64,000 nucleotides of DNA from assembly GCA_019352195.1 (NCBI GenBank), contig JACAFG010000002.1, positions 19,120 to 83,119 on the forward strand. Reading direction: 5' to 3'. Below are positions 56,101-64,000 of the stretch, in pieces. A program made the position numbers and the translations under genes. Each line of letters starts with the position of its first letter. Positions within the stretch are counted from its first letter, which is position 1. The notes below the pieces were generated by a model. That model saw only the letters and a program-made list of their open reading frames with translations. It did no database searches and was not told the origin of the DNA. The stretch is from Candidatus Saccharimonadota bacterium. Its GTDB lineage: Bacteria > Patescibacteriota > Saccharimonadia > UBA4664.

Positions 56101-56775
56101 TTGAAGTTACCCGATCTAATACTTGTTCGACATGGTGAAAGTCACGGGAATGTTATTAATGCGCGTTTACGGGGAGACGCATCGGAAGTGCCGCCGGCAG
56201 GTTTTCATGATACTCATAACAGTGCATGGGAGCTGACAGAGGCTGGTACACAGCAAGCAGTCCTAGCTGGTGAGTGGATCCGCTCCCACGCGAACGAGTC
56301 ACCTCATCTTGGCTTTGTTTCGGTATTTACTCGAACTTTGCAGACGGCCGAATGTTTGGCGCTCCCTGATACTCAGTGGCATCAGGAGCTGCTACTACGT
56401 GAACGTGAGGTATCAAACATCGCTCACCAGCCATCTGGTAAGCCCGACCCAGTAGGTGAACTCGATTATTTGTACCTGGCACCTTTAGGTGTCGATACTT
56501 TTGCTCAGCTGTCCGATCGGGTCCAGTTATTTATGACGAAACTCCGTTGCCTTCAGCTTGATCCGACCCGTCCGATCGTAATTGTGACCCACAGCAAAAC
56601 AATGTGGGCTTTCCGGTTCGTCTTGGAGAACATGACTCCGCAGCAATTTGTCGCGACGTTTCCGCCGCCTGATAAATCTCACGAGATCGGCTATGGCCAT
56701 ATTTTGCATTATTCTGGCAGTGACGAGCTTGGCTTGTCGTTTGAAAAGTTCGAACACGTTAGTGTCGGCCAATGA
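56101..56775 (+). CDS. histidine phosphatase family protein (phosphoglycerate-mutase-like)
   Basis: LILVRHGESHGN catalytic RHG motif. aggagg RBS. TTG start. Confidence 0.6.
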   Translation: MKLPDLILVRHGESHGNVINARLRGDASEVPPAGFHDTHNSAWELTEAGTQQAVLAGEWIRSHANESPHLGFVSVFTRTLQTAECLALPDTQWHQELLLREREVSNIAHQPSGKPDPVGELDYLYLAPLGVDTFAQLSDRVQLFMTKLRCLQLDPTRPIVIVTHSKTMWAFRFVLENMTPQQFVATFPPPDKSHEIGYGHILHYSGSDELGLSFEKFEHVSVGQ

Positions 56776-57377
56776 TTACGCTCGAAGAATCTAAACACAA
56801 TCAAGCCGAAATGCAGGCTCAGGGTCGGCGACTTATCAATACCACTCCTATCGTCAAGATATTCAGTCGATATGGGGATTACCGCCTAGGTGGTTCATAT
56901 CAACACGGAACTATGATTTTTGCCAAGCCTGATATTGACGGCTACATTGTGGTCGAAACAGTCGAGCTTGAAGCGGGAATGGCTTTGCTGGGCGAGCTCA
57001 TTCAGCAAGATAGCGTTCGACGTATCGCAATTGAGAAAGAGTCTCAGCGAGGAATTGGTCTGCAGGTGAAAGTTCCCTTTGAGGGTCGCATGTGGAATTT
57101 TGATGTTCACTTTGTTGTTCCGTCCGAACTAAAAGCTGTGGATTATCTAGGTCACGTGACATTTACGCAGTATCAAGCTGAAACGATGATGTTTCTGAAG
57201 GCGCAATTGTATGAACGGGGATTGTACCCGGGTTCCACAAAATTGCCCGGATCGTTTAGTTCATTTGATGTCTATAGCGCGGTTCTCGATGACAATGTCA
57301 CTTCGGTTGAAGAAATGATTGCGTGGGGTAAAGTTCGTGAGATGGCAGCTGATAAGTTCCGGCGGCAGAACTCTTAA
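56772..57377 (+). CDS. nucleotidyltransferase-fold (Pol-beta superfamily) protein, family unassigned
   Basis: GGSYQHGTMIFAKPDIDGYIV matches hG[GS]x9-13Dh[DE]h. ATGA overlap with the upstream gene. The stop abuts the helicase start. Confidence 0.45.
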   Translation: MITLEESKHNQAEMQAQGRRLINTTPIVKIFSRYGDYRLGGSYQHGTMIFAKPDIDGYIVVETVELEAGMALLGELIQQDSVRRIAIEKESQRGIGLQVKVPFEGRMWNFDVHFVVPSELKAVDYLGHVTFTQYQAETMMFLKAQLYERGLYPGSTKLPGSFSSFDVYSAVLDDNVTSVEEMIAWGKVREMAADKFRRQNS

Positions 57378-59231
57378 ATGGATCGCACCCAGCGACAACA
57401 TGAACTTGAACTCGCGCGTGAGCACTTAGCTGGAGTGGCCGAGCGAACACACGCGACGCTAAAACGGCGCGAGAGTGCACGGATGCGCGATCTGGAGGCA
57501 TATCAACTCATTGAGGGCGACACAGAGTATGAGGACCGCGAGCGGGCCAAGGTGGTGCGCCGATTGACGGAGCAAATTATTGATCAGCTGCAAAATCTCA
57601 CTGAGTCACCCTACTTTGCGCGCTGTGATTTGCGGTTCGACGATGAGCCGTTACGGCCGTACTACTTTGGCAAGTACGCCAATGCCGACGAAGCCATCTA
57701 TAGCTGGACATCGCCGCTGGCGACATTGCGGTTTGCCGAACCGGGCGACGTATCTTACCAAACTCCGCAGCTGGGGATCCGCGATGGCGTTTTGGAACGT
57801 AAGGATCAGTTTCTTATCGCCCAAAGCAAGCTGGTATTTATGGCCACCGAAGCGAGAGGGATGGAGCGACAGCTGATTCACCAGGAGCATCTAACCAACC
57901 GTAAAACCGGTTTTGTGCTGCCCGAAATTGTGGCGCAAATGGAGGCGGCGCAAGATAAGGTAATTCGTACGCATCATGTCGGGCCCTTGGTAATTAGCGG
58001 GCCGGCCGGATCGGGGAAAACCACCTTGGCATTGCACCGCATTGCGTACTTGTGCCAATCGACTGACCTTGCCCAAATTTTTAAACCAGCCAGTATTATC
58101 GTGTTTGTAAACGATTTCCTGACACAGGATTATTTCTCCCATTTGTTACCAGAACTCGGTATTAATGACGTCACCATTACGACCTTTCCGGTGTGGGCGA
58201 TTGCGCAGCTTGAACTGCGACAGTATTTTTACCGGTTACGTCCCGGTGCAACCGAGGCTGACCGCGACGAATATGAATGGGCTAAGCAGCGTGCTTTGGT
58301 TGAGGTTATGGCCGAATACGATGAGCGCCGGATACCAGAAATCCTCACGACAGCCTATGCGCCGTTTTTATCGCCGCGACAGCGCACACGGCTCGAGCAA
58401 GAACTTGATGACGGCGCGCTTGACCGTACTGATTTAACATTTTTGTTGAAGGCTAAGACATATCGTGATGACGGCCTAAAACGTAAATTAGAGCACCACA
58501 CTTTTTATCCCAAGGGCCGGGTTAAGACGCGCATTGAGTACAAACCGCTCACGTACTCGCTGATTTTGGTGGATGAATTTCAAAATTATTCCGCGGCGCA
58601 ACTTGAGCTGTTAGGCAGCACCGCTAGTCCGAGCACTGAAGCAGTTTTGTACGTGGGTGATATTGCTCAGCGTACCAACCTCGGAGCTATGACTGACTGG
58701 TCGGAAATTGGCGTAACTATGCCGCCCGAGCGTCTCATTCGGCTCGGTAAGGTGTATCGTAACCCCCGCCGGGTTTTGGAATATTTGCAGGAACTCGGAT
58801 ATGACGCTGCCATTCCCGATGGGGTAGAGCCGGGCGAGCGTGTAGGCGAGCACGATAATTTTGATACCAATCAAAACATCGCGTTTATTGCGGCGATGCC
58901 AAACATTGCGGGCACTATTGGCATCTTGGCGCGTGATGATGATGAACTTGAAGCGTACCGACAAGCCTTTGCTGGCCGTGATGAGATTAAGTGTCTCACC
59001 ATTCGCGAGGCACAGGGGGTGGAGTTTGATACGGTCTGCCTGGTAGGCCTGCGACCCTCAACATTTGCGCAAGCTGTCGGTGAGCCACATCTTATTGAGC
59101 AGCAGCGCCGGATTAATCGTGATTTGTTGTATGTGGCGTTAACGCGGCCGATTGTGGCTTTGCATATTTTTGCTCTTGGCATTGCGCGTGAGATCTTGCG
59201 CGCAGTAGTGGAGCGCGGCGCTACCGGGTAA
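57378..59231 (+). CDS. HelD-like UvrD-family helicase (helicase IV type) with an N-terminal coiled-coil/arm domain
   Basis: Walker [17 protein letters not shown], Walker B LILVDEFQN, motif VI VALTRPIVALHIF. The N-terminal roughly 200 aa precede the ATPase, with a HelD-like WTSPLATLRF element. Confidence 0.55.
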   Translation: MDRTQRQHELELAREHLAGVAERTHATLKRRESARMRDLEAYQLIEGDTEYEDRERAKVVRRLTEQIIDQLQNLTESPYFARCDLRFDDEPLRPYYFGKYANADEAIYSWTSPLATLRFAEPGDVSYQTPQLGIRDGVLERKDQFLIAQSKLVFMATEARGMERQLIHQEHLTNRKTGFVLPEIVAQMEAAQDKVIRTHHVGPLVISGPAGSGKTTLALHRIAYLCQSTDLAQIFKPASIIVFVNDFLTQDYFSHLLPELGINDVTITTFPVWAIAQLELRQYFYRLRPGATEADRDEYEWAKQRALVEVMAEYDERRIPEILTTAYAPFLSPRQRTRLEQELDDGALDRTDLTFLLKAKTYRDDGLKRKLEHHTFYPKGRVKTRIEYKPLTYSLILVDEFQNYSAAQLELLGSTASPSTEAVLYVGDIAQRTNLGAMTDWSEIGVTMPPERLIRLGKVYRNPRRVLEYLQELGYDAAIPDGVEPGERVGEHDNFDTNQNIAFIAAMPNIAGTIGILARDDDELEAYRQAFAGRDEIKCLTIREAQGVEFDTVCLVGLRPSTFAQAVGEPHLIEQQRRINRDLLYVALTRPIVALHIFALGIAREILRAVVERGATG

Positions 59232-59279
59232 TCTTTTAGTCAGCGCGATGTTGGCTCGATCGCAGTATAATAAGATGCA

Positions 59280-59480
59280 TTGGAGCAAGTGATGCTAGAA
59301 ATTCTACCAGTAGCAGTGGCGTTGATTGGTTTAATGTTTTGGGCGTGGATGCTGTGGGAGTTTGCCCACAGCGAAGCGGTGCCACCGAGCCAACGGTTTA
59401 TCTGGATCGTGGGATTTATTTTGTTTAGTGTCCCGGTAGCGCTTTATTACTACTTAACCATCTACCGAGAGCAGAACTAG
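59280..59480 (+). CDS. small membrane protein, PLDc_N-domain-like (66 aa)
   Basis: Two TM helices and a C-terminal ...YYYLTIYREQ motif typical of PF13396. Confidence 0.45.
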   Translation: MEQVMLEILPVAVALIGLMFWAWMLWEFAHSEAVPPSQRFIWIVGFILFSVPVALYYYLTIYREQN

Positions 59481-59606
59481 CAGTATCAAATCACCCTCCA
59501 GTTGACAGTACGGTTTTTGTTCACTAAGCTGTAAATATCGAACGTAAACCGAACAAATCGGTGACGGCCGACTCAGATTAGATGAATAAGATAGGGATCA
59601 GGTACA

Positions 59607-60686
59607 ATGGCTGTAGCAACAGTGGAGACAAACGTGGAAGACAAGACAGCGAAGCCGGCTAAAGCAGCCGCCGAAGATAAGAAAGTGCAATCTGAGCGAG
59701 CCGAGCGCCTTAAAGCGATCGATTTAGCGGTATCCCAGATCGAAAAGCAGTTTGGTAGCGGCTCAATTATGAAGTTGGGTGATAGCCATAAAATGGATGT
59801 CGCTACTATTCCAACCGGATCGCTTTCGCTCGATTTGGCACTCGGCGGCGGTATCCCTCAGGGTCGCATTGTCGAAATTTATGGGCCAGAGTCGAGCGGT
59901 AAAACTACGTTGGCGCTTCATGCCGTGGCCGAAGTCCAAAAGCGCGGTGGCGTGGCTGCTTTCGTAGACGCTGAGCACGCGCTGGATCCCGAATATGCCA
60001 AGCGAATCGGGGTAAGTCTCGATGACCTGTTGATTTCACAGCCTGATACAGGTGAGCAGGCGCTGGAAATCACCGAAACGCTCGTACGTTCAAGCGCGGT
60101 TGATATTGTGATCGTCGACTCGGTGGCCGCACTCGTGCCGCGTGCGGAAATTGATGGGGAAATGGGAGATTCACACATGGGTCTCCAGGCTCGCCTTATG
60201 AGTCAGGCACTGCGCAAACTAACGGGCGTGGTGTCAAAAAGCAACTGTACGGTCATCTTTATCAACCAGCTGCGGATGAAAATTGGTGTCATGTTTGGCA
60301 ACCCAGAAGTAACGGCTGGCGGCAACGCCCTCAAGTACTACGCGTCGGTTCGTATGGATATTCGTGGTACCGAGCAAATTAAAGATGGTGACGTCTCAAT
60401 TGGTAAGCACGTTAAAGTTAAGATTGTTAAAAACAAGATTGCGGCGCCGTTTAAGATTGCTGAGTTTGACCTCATGTTTAATGAAGGCATTTCTACTTCC
60501 GGTGACGTACTCGATTTGGCCGTAAAGTTTGCGCTCGTAGAAAAAGCGGGTGCATGGTACTCGTATAACGGCGATAAGATCGGTCAAGGTCGTGAGGCTG
60601 CCAAGCAGTATCTTAAAGATCACCAAGAGATTATTGCTACGCTTGATGCCAAAATTCGCGAACTGGCCAACCAAGAAGCTGCTTAA
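59607..60686 (+). CDS. recA: recombinase RecA with a roughly 28-aa Lys/Ala-rich N-terminal extension
   Basis: [12 protein letters not shown] Walker A, L2 loop. 359 aa. Confidence 0.95.
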   Translation: MAVATVETNVEDKTAKPAKAAAEDKKVQSERAERLKAIDLAVSQIEKQFGSGSIMKLGDSHKMDVATIPTGSLSLDLALGGGIPQGRIVEIYGPESSGKTTLALHAVAEVQKRGGVAAFVDAEHALDPEYAKRIGVSLDDLLISQPDTGEQALEITETLVRSSAVDIVIVDSVAALVPRAEIDGEMGDSHMGLQARLMSQALRKLTGVVSKSNCTVIFINQLRMKIGVMFGNPEVTAGGNALKYYASVRMDIRGTEQIKDGDVSIGKHVKVKIVKNKIAAPFKIAEFDLMFNEGISTSGDVLDLAVKFALVEKAGAWYSYNGDKIGQGREAAKQYLKDHQEIIATLDAKIRELANQEAA

Positions 60687-60692
60687 GCTGCC

Positions 60693-61298
60693 ATGCCGGT
60701 AGTAACGACAATTACGCGGCAGAAAAAACGTGATACTCGCTATTCGATAAAGATTGATGGCGAGTATTCGTTCTCATTATCCGATCTCGATCTGAGTAAT
60801 AGTAGCCTGCGGGTCGGCACGCAACTTAGTGACGCAGAAGTGGTGGATTGGCAGCGCCGGTCGGGGGACAGTATGGCCTATGATCTGGCACTGCGATATA
60901 TCAGCATCAGGCGCCGGAGCACGGCTGAAATTGAGCGCTATCTGATACGCAAAGAATATGATGAGTCCGTCATTCGCGACATTATTTCGCGTCTCACTGA
61001 GATTGGATTGCTCGATGATGAGGACTTCGCGGCGGCTTGGATTAGAGACCGACAATTATTGCGTCCGCGCAGTGTGCAGGCGTTGAAATTTGAGCTAATG
61101 AGGTTGGGTTTGAGCCGTGACGTCATTGATTCCGCTCTGGCGAAAACTGGCGGTGATGAAATCGAAGTCGTCGCCAAACTTATTGAGCGTCGCCAGCGCC
61201 AATATCCCGAGCGAGAAAAACTCATGGCCTATCTAGCGCGACAGGGATTTCGCTACGACCAAATTAAATTGGCGTTCGAACGGATTAGTGAGCAGTAA
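60693..61298 (+). CDS. recX: RecA regulator RecX
   Basis: Three-helix repeat pattern (ALRYISIRRRSTAEIERYLIRKEY...). Located immediately after recA. Confidence 0.75.
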   Translation: MPVVTTITRQKKRDTRYSIKIDGEYSFSLSDLDLSNSSLRVGTQLSDAEVVDWQRRSGDSMAYDLALRYISIRRRSTAEIERYLIRKEYDESVIRDIISRLTEIGLLDDEDFAAAWIRDRQLLRPRSVQALKFELMRLGLSRDVIDSALAKTGGDEIEVVAKLIERRQRQYPEREKLMAYLARQGFRYDQIKLAFERISEQ

Positions 61299-61399
61299 CC
61301 AGGCGAAATGCCAAAATAAATGCTACGGCCCAAAGTAAAATTACAAACACAATACACCCTCTTATCTGTAGACAAGTGTAGCTTAAGTGGAATGCCAGA

Positions 61400-61924
61400 T
61401 CAACTAGATTCGTGGGCGCCGGCTTCAACAATGCTCGGAACTCCGAGGTAGGTATCGCTAACGATAATACGTGTTGGAGCAACATCGATGATTTGAGTTC
61501 GGTCAATAATGAGGCTTGAGCTGTACCAGGCGCGTAAGAACGGCGGCTTAACGTAGACTTTTTGAATGTCTTCGCTATCGAGATTGATGGTGTACTCTTC
61601 GACGGTTCCCAAATGATGACCTGATTCGGTTTGAACATGACTGCCGCTAGGATTGTAGGCCTCTTTGAGCAGTGGTTTAAACCGGACCACATCATCGGGC
61701 TCACTGAGCTCGTCGTCATCATTGACAATAATACAGTCGGTGGCTAGCTGCCTGACGCTCGTCATTACGAGTAGGGTACGGGGACTTCGTCCCGCGTCCA
61801 GCTGAAAACCCACCAAACGAAGCCGCCCAGAGTCAATAACAAGGCTCGAGACGGTAGCAATAGTTTCGCCGGTTTGCAGACTGATGACCGGCAAAGCGGT
61901 TAGATGACTGGCAAGAACAAACAT
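61400..61924 (-). CDS. PRC-barrel-like domain protein
   Basis: Start taken at M95 of the six-frame ORF (MFVLASHLTALPVISLQTGETIATVSSLVIDSGRLRLVGF...) so that it does not overlap the rpsF promoter. Confidence 0.4.
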   Translation of the reverse strand: MFVLASHLTALPVISLQTGETIATVSSLVIDSGRLRLVGFQLDAGRSPRTLLVMTSVRQLATDCIIVNDDDELSEPDDVVRFKPLLKEAYNPSGSHVQTESGHHLGTVEEYTINLDSEDIQKVYVKPPFLRAWYSSSLIIDRTQIIDVAPTRIIVSDTYLGVPSIVEAGAHESS

Positions 61925-61949
61925 AAGGCTATTGTAGCGCCTCACCTGA

Positions 61950-62072
61950 TTGACCAACAAGCCAAAATCACCTATAATTGGCAAGTTTACAACCATTAAC
62001 CTTTTTGCGCTGCGCCTTAGGCGCACCGTAACACCTCTGCCAAACACAGAGGGTTTCCATAGAAAGGAAGCG
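61950..62072 (+). promoter_or_regulatory. rpsF operon promoter (TTGACC, 17-nt spacer, TATAAT) plus a structured roughly 85-nt leader (candidate S6:S18 autoregulatory element)
   Basis: TTGACCaacaagccaaaatcaccTATAAT. Leader hairpins tgcgcc-ttag-gcgca and cctctg-ccaaaca-cagagg. aaggaag RBS. Confidence 0.5.
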
Positions 62073-62435
62073 ATGCAACCTACATACGAGCTCATGGTGC
62101 TCTTGCATCCCGATCTGGAGATTGACGTCGAAACGCCAATTAAGAAGATCGAGGGTCTGGTTGAAGCTGCTGGTGGCAAAATCACCAAACGCGACAACTG
62201 GGGCAAGAAACGCCTGGCCTATCGCATTAAACGGCAAGATTTTGCTGTGTACGTCTACTTCGAAGTGAAGATAGACCCGTCTAACGTCCGCGAACTTGAG
62301 AACACGGTTTTAATTACAGAGGAAGTGCTACGTCACATTCTGGTAGTTCATGAAGAGAATGAAAATCGTATCCCACGTCGCGACAGTGAAGACAAGAAAC
62401 CGTCCGAGACACCAGTTATCGAGGGGAGAAAGTAA
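62073..62435 (+). CDS. rpsF: 30S ribosomal protein S6
   Basis: MQPTYELMVLLHPDL... Six-frame ORF starts at 61950 within the leader. ATG 62073 follows the RBS. Confidence 0.85.
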   Translation: MQPTYELMVLLHPDLEIDVETPIKKIEGLVEAAGGKITKRDNWGKKRLAYRIKRQDFAVYVYFEVKIDPSNVRELENTVLITEEVLRHILVVHEENENRIPRRDSEDKKPSETPVIEGRK

Positions 62436-62437
62436 GA

Positions 62438-62902
62438 GTGGCAAAAAGCTTTAACCAAGCAATCATAATGGGTAATCTAACGCGTGATCCAGAACTGCGA
62501 TCGACGCCGGGCGGCCAGCAAGTAGCATCTTTTTCGGTGGCTACTAATAGGGTCTGGAATGATCCGAGCGGCGAACGTAAAGAAGCGGTTGAATATCACG
62601 AGATTGTAGCTTGGGGAAAGCTTGGTGAGCTGGCAGCTCAATACCTGGCCAAAGGCCGCAAGGTCATGGTTATTGGCCGGCTGCAGACCCGCCAATGGGA
62701 CGCGCAAGACGGCTCTAAACGTCAGCGAACTGAAATTGTTGCCACCGACGTTAACTTCTTAGATGCCCGAGGCGAAGCTGGCGCTCAGTCAGCTGCTCCG
62801 GCTCCTGCGCAGCGTTCAAATAACTCGCCGAAGAGTGATGATGTGGTAATTTCGGATCTTGATTCTGATTCCTCGATTAATCTCGACGACATCCCGTTTT
62901 AA
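62438..62902 (+). CDS. ssb: single-stranded DNA-binding protein
   Basis: OB-fold core plus acidic C-terminal tail ...DDIPF. Confidence 0.9.
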   Translation: MAKSFNQAIIMGNLTRDPELRSTPGGQQVASFSVATNRVWNDPSGERKEAVEYHEIVAWGKLGELAAQYLAKGRKVMVIGRLQTRQWDAQDGSKRQRTEIVATDVNFLDARGEAGAQSAAPAPAQRSNNSPKSDDVVISDLDSDSSINLDDIPF

Positions 62903-63100
62903 CGTAATTGTCTGAATGCTCGGGTTCACCTGAATCTGCGCTTCGCATACTACATACGTACCGTACGCCTTACTCCGATTCAATTCATCCTGCTAAAGCA
63001 TCGCTCAGCCAATCACTGAACCTTTGGACTTGAGATAATGTCCTGAACTCGTTAACAGCGGATAAAAATCCGTCACAATAAACTAAATGAGAGATTTAAA

Positions 63101-63319
63101 ATGGCTAATTTTTACTCAAAGAAAGTCTGCCGCTTTTGTGCAGAGAAGATCGATCACGTCGACTACAAAGATGTGAAGCTGTTGCAGCGTTTTCTTTCTA
63201 GCTACGGCAAGATTGAAACGCGCAAGCGCACTGGAAACTGCCTGCGCCATCAGCGCCGGGTTGCGATTGCCCTCAAGCGTGCCCGCCACATCGCTTTGCT
63301 GCCGTTCTTAGTACGCTAA
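63101..63319 (+). CDS. rpsR: 30S ribosomal protein S18
   Basis: [24 protein letters not shown]...[29 protein letters not shown]. Confidence 0.9.
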   Translation: MANFYSKKVCRFCAEKIDHVDYKDVKLLQRFLSSYGKIETRKRTGNCLRHQRRVAIALKRARHIALLPFLVR

Positions 63320-63521
63320 ACGGCGTAATGCGGCGATGGAGCTTATAATCCTTCTTCACGGCATGAATCTGTGCGGCTCATTCTCAGCTTAACCGCCACT
63401 TGGTATTGTAGGAGTGGAGCGTACTCAGCAATTACTTAAGGGTCAGTGAATGAGAGATGCCTCCGGCCGTAATTGGCCGTTTGGGCTATCCCATACCGCC
63501 TGATAATATAAGGAAAACCCC

Positions 63522-64000
63522 ATGATTCTCGGTCATACCGAAGTAAAAGTTGGCGTTCTCATCGAGCTCGATGGGGTGCCTTATCGCGTCACCGAATCCA
63601 CTCACAAAGCGTTGGGTCGGGGTGGCGCGGTCGTGCAGGCAAAAATTAAGAACCTTATAACCGGCAATGTGGTGGAAAAATCATTTCGTACGGCCGACAA
63701 AGTGAGCACCGCCGAAGTTAACCGTAGTAATATGCAGCTGCTGTACCGTGATGGCGCCAACTTGGTACTTATGAACACCGAGACCTATGATCAAGACACC
63801 GTTGCCGAGGACACTTTGGGTGATCAGGCTAAATATGTCGCCGATAGCGCCATTGTGCAGATAGTGGAGTTTAACGGCCGAGTCATAGGTATGGAGATGC
63901 CTAACGCCGTGGTGCTCAAGGTCGTTGCGACTGAGCCGGGCGTAAAAGGCGATACCGCTACGACGGCCCTTAAGCCGGCTACTCTCGAAACCGGCGTAAT
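63522..64000 (+). CDS. efp: elongation factor P (3' partial; continues beyond the window)
   Basis: MILGHTEVKVGVLIELDGVPYRVTESTHKALGRGGAVVQAKIKNLITGN... aaggaaaa RBS. Confidence 0.8.
   Translation, partial: MILGHTEVKVGVLIELDGVPYRVTESTHKALGRGGAVVQAKIKNLITGNVVEKSFRTADKVSTAEVNRSNMQLLYRDGANLVLMNTETYDQDTVAEDTLGDQAKYVADSAIVQIVEFNGRVIGMEMPNAVVLKVVATEPGVKGDTATTALKPATLETGV

Noticed and set aside
61996-62206. N-terminal 94 aa of the 268-aa minus-strand ORF 61400..62206
   Set aside because: It would run across the consensus rpsF promoter and leader. An internal Met at 61924 gives a PRC-barrel-like protein that does not overlap them.

Overview
This 64 kb window is a gene-dense bacterial chromosomal segment, about 50-55 % GC, with many ATGA/ATGN start-stop overlaps. 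Several -10 boxes sit within a few nt of the start codon (arginase-family gene 4369..5322, vapB-like, ftsK, rodZ-like), suggesting leaderless mRNAs.

Gene content. It is dominated by housekeeping genes: FemAB-family transferase, MurE-like ligase, cmk, phosphohexomutase, groES-groEL with a CIRCE operator, archaeal-type PGI/PMI, tRNA-Ser(GGA), msrB, dnaG, rpoD, purF, polA, fpg, holA, rpsT, truB, rpsO, pnp, rnj, ftsK, rodZ-like, yajQ, recA-recX, rpsF-ssb-rpsR, and efp (partial at the 3' end). The gene set (archaeal-type PGI/PMI, FemAB, RNase J, HelD-like, DUF3052) and compactness suggest a small-genome Gram-positive-like or CPR/Saccharibacteria-like organism, but this cannot be proven from sequence alone. 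Accessory content includes a vapBC-like toxin-antitoxin pair, an EVE-like / AlkD / NUDIX / YjbR cluster, two tandem TrpH-like PHP phosphoesterases, two tandem paralogous proline-rich single-pass membrane proteins, a yajQ / histidine-phosphatase / nucleotidyltransferase / HelD-like helicase operon, and several apparently decayed genes. These are an SDR with one in-frame TAG, a MutY remnant, a frameshifted zeta-toxin-like P-loop kinase, and a YbjQ-like gene with a TAG plus a frameshift.

Most unusual feature. Positions 8850..10780 form a roughly 1.9 kb GC-rich stretch with no credible ORF between groEL and the next gene. It has two near-identical sigma70-type promoters (TTGACN-N17/18-TGnTACTGT), many perfect 10-14 bp hairpins, and tandem intrinsic terminators at its 3' end. 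This makes it a candidate for one or more large structured non-coding RNAs of unknown family.

All calls rest on reading the sequence and on remembered family motifs. No database search was run.
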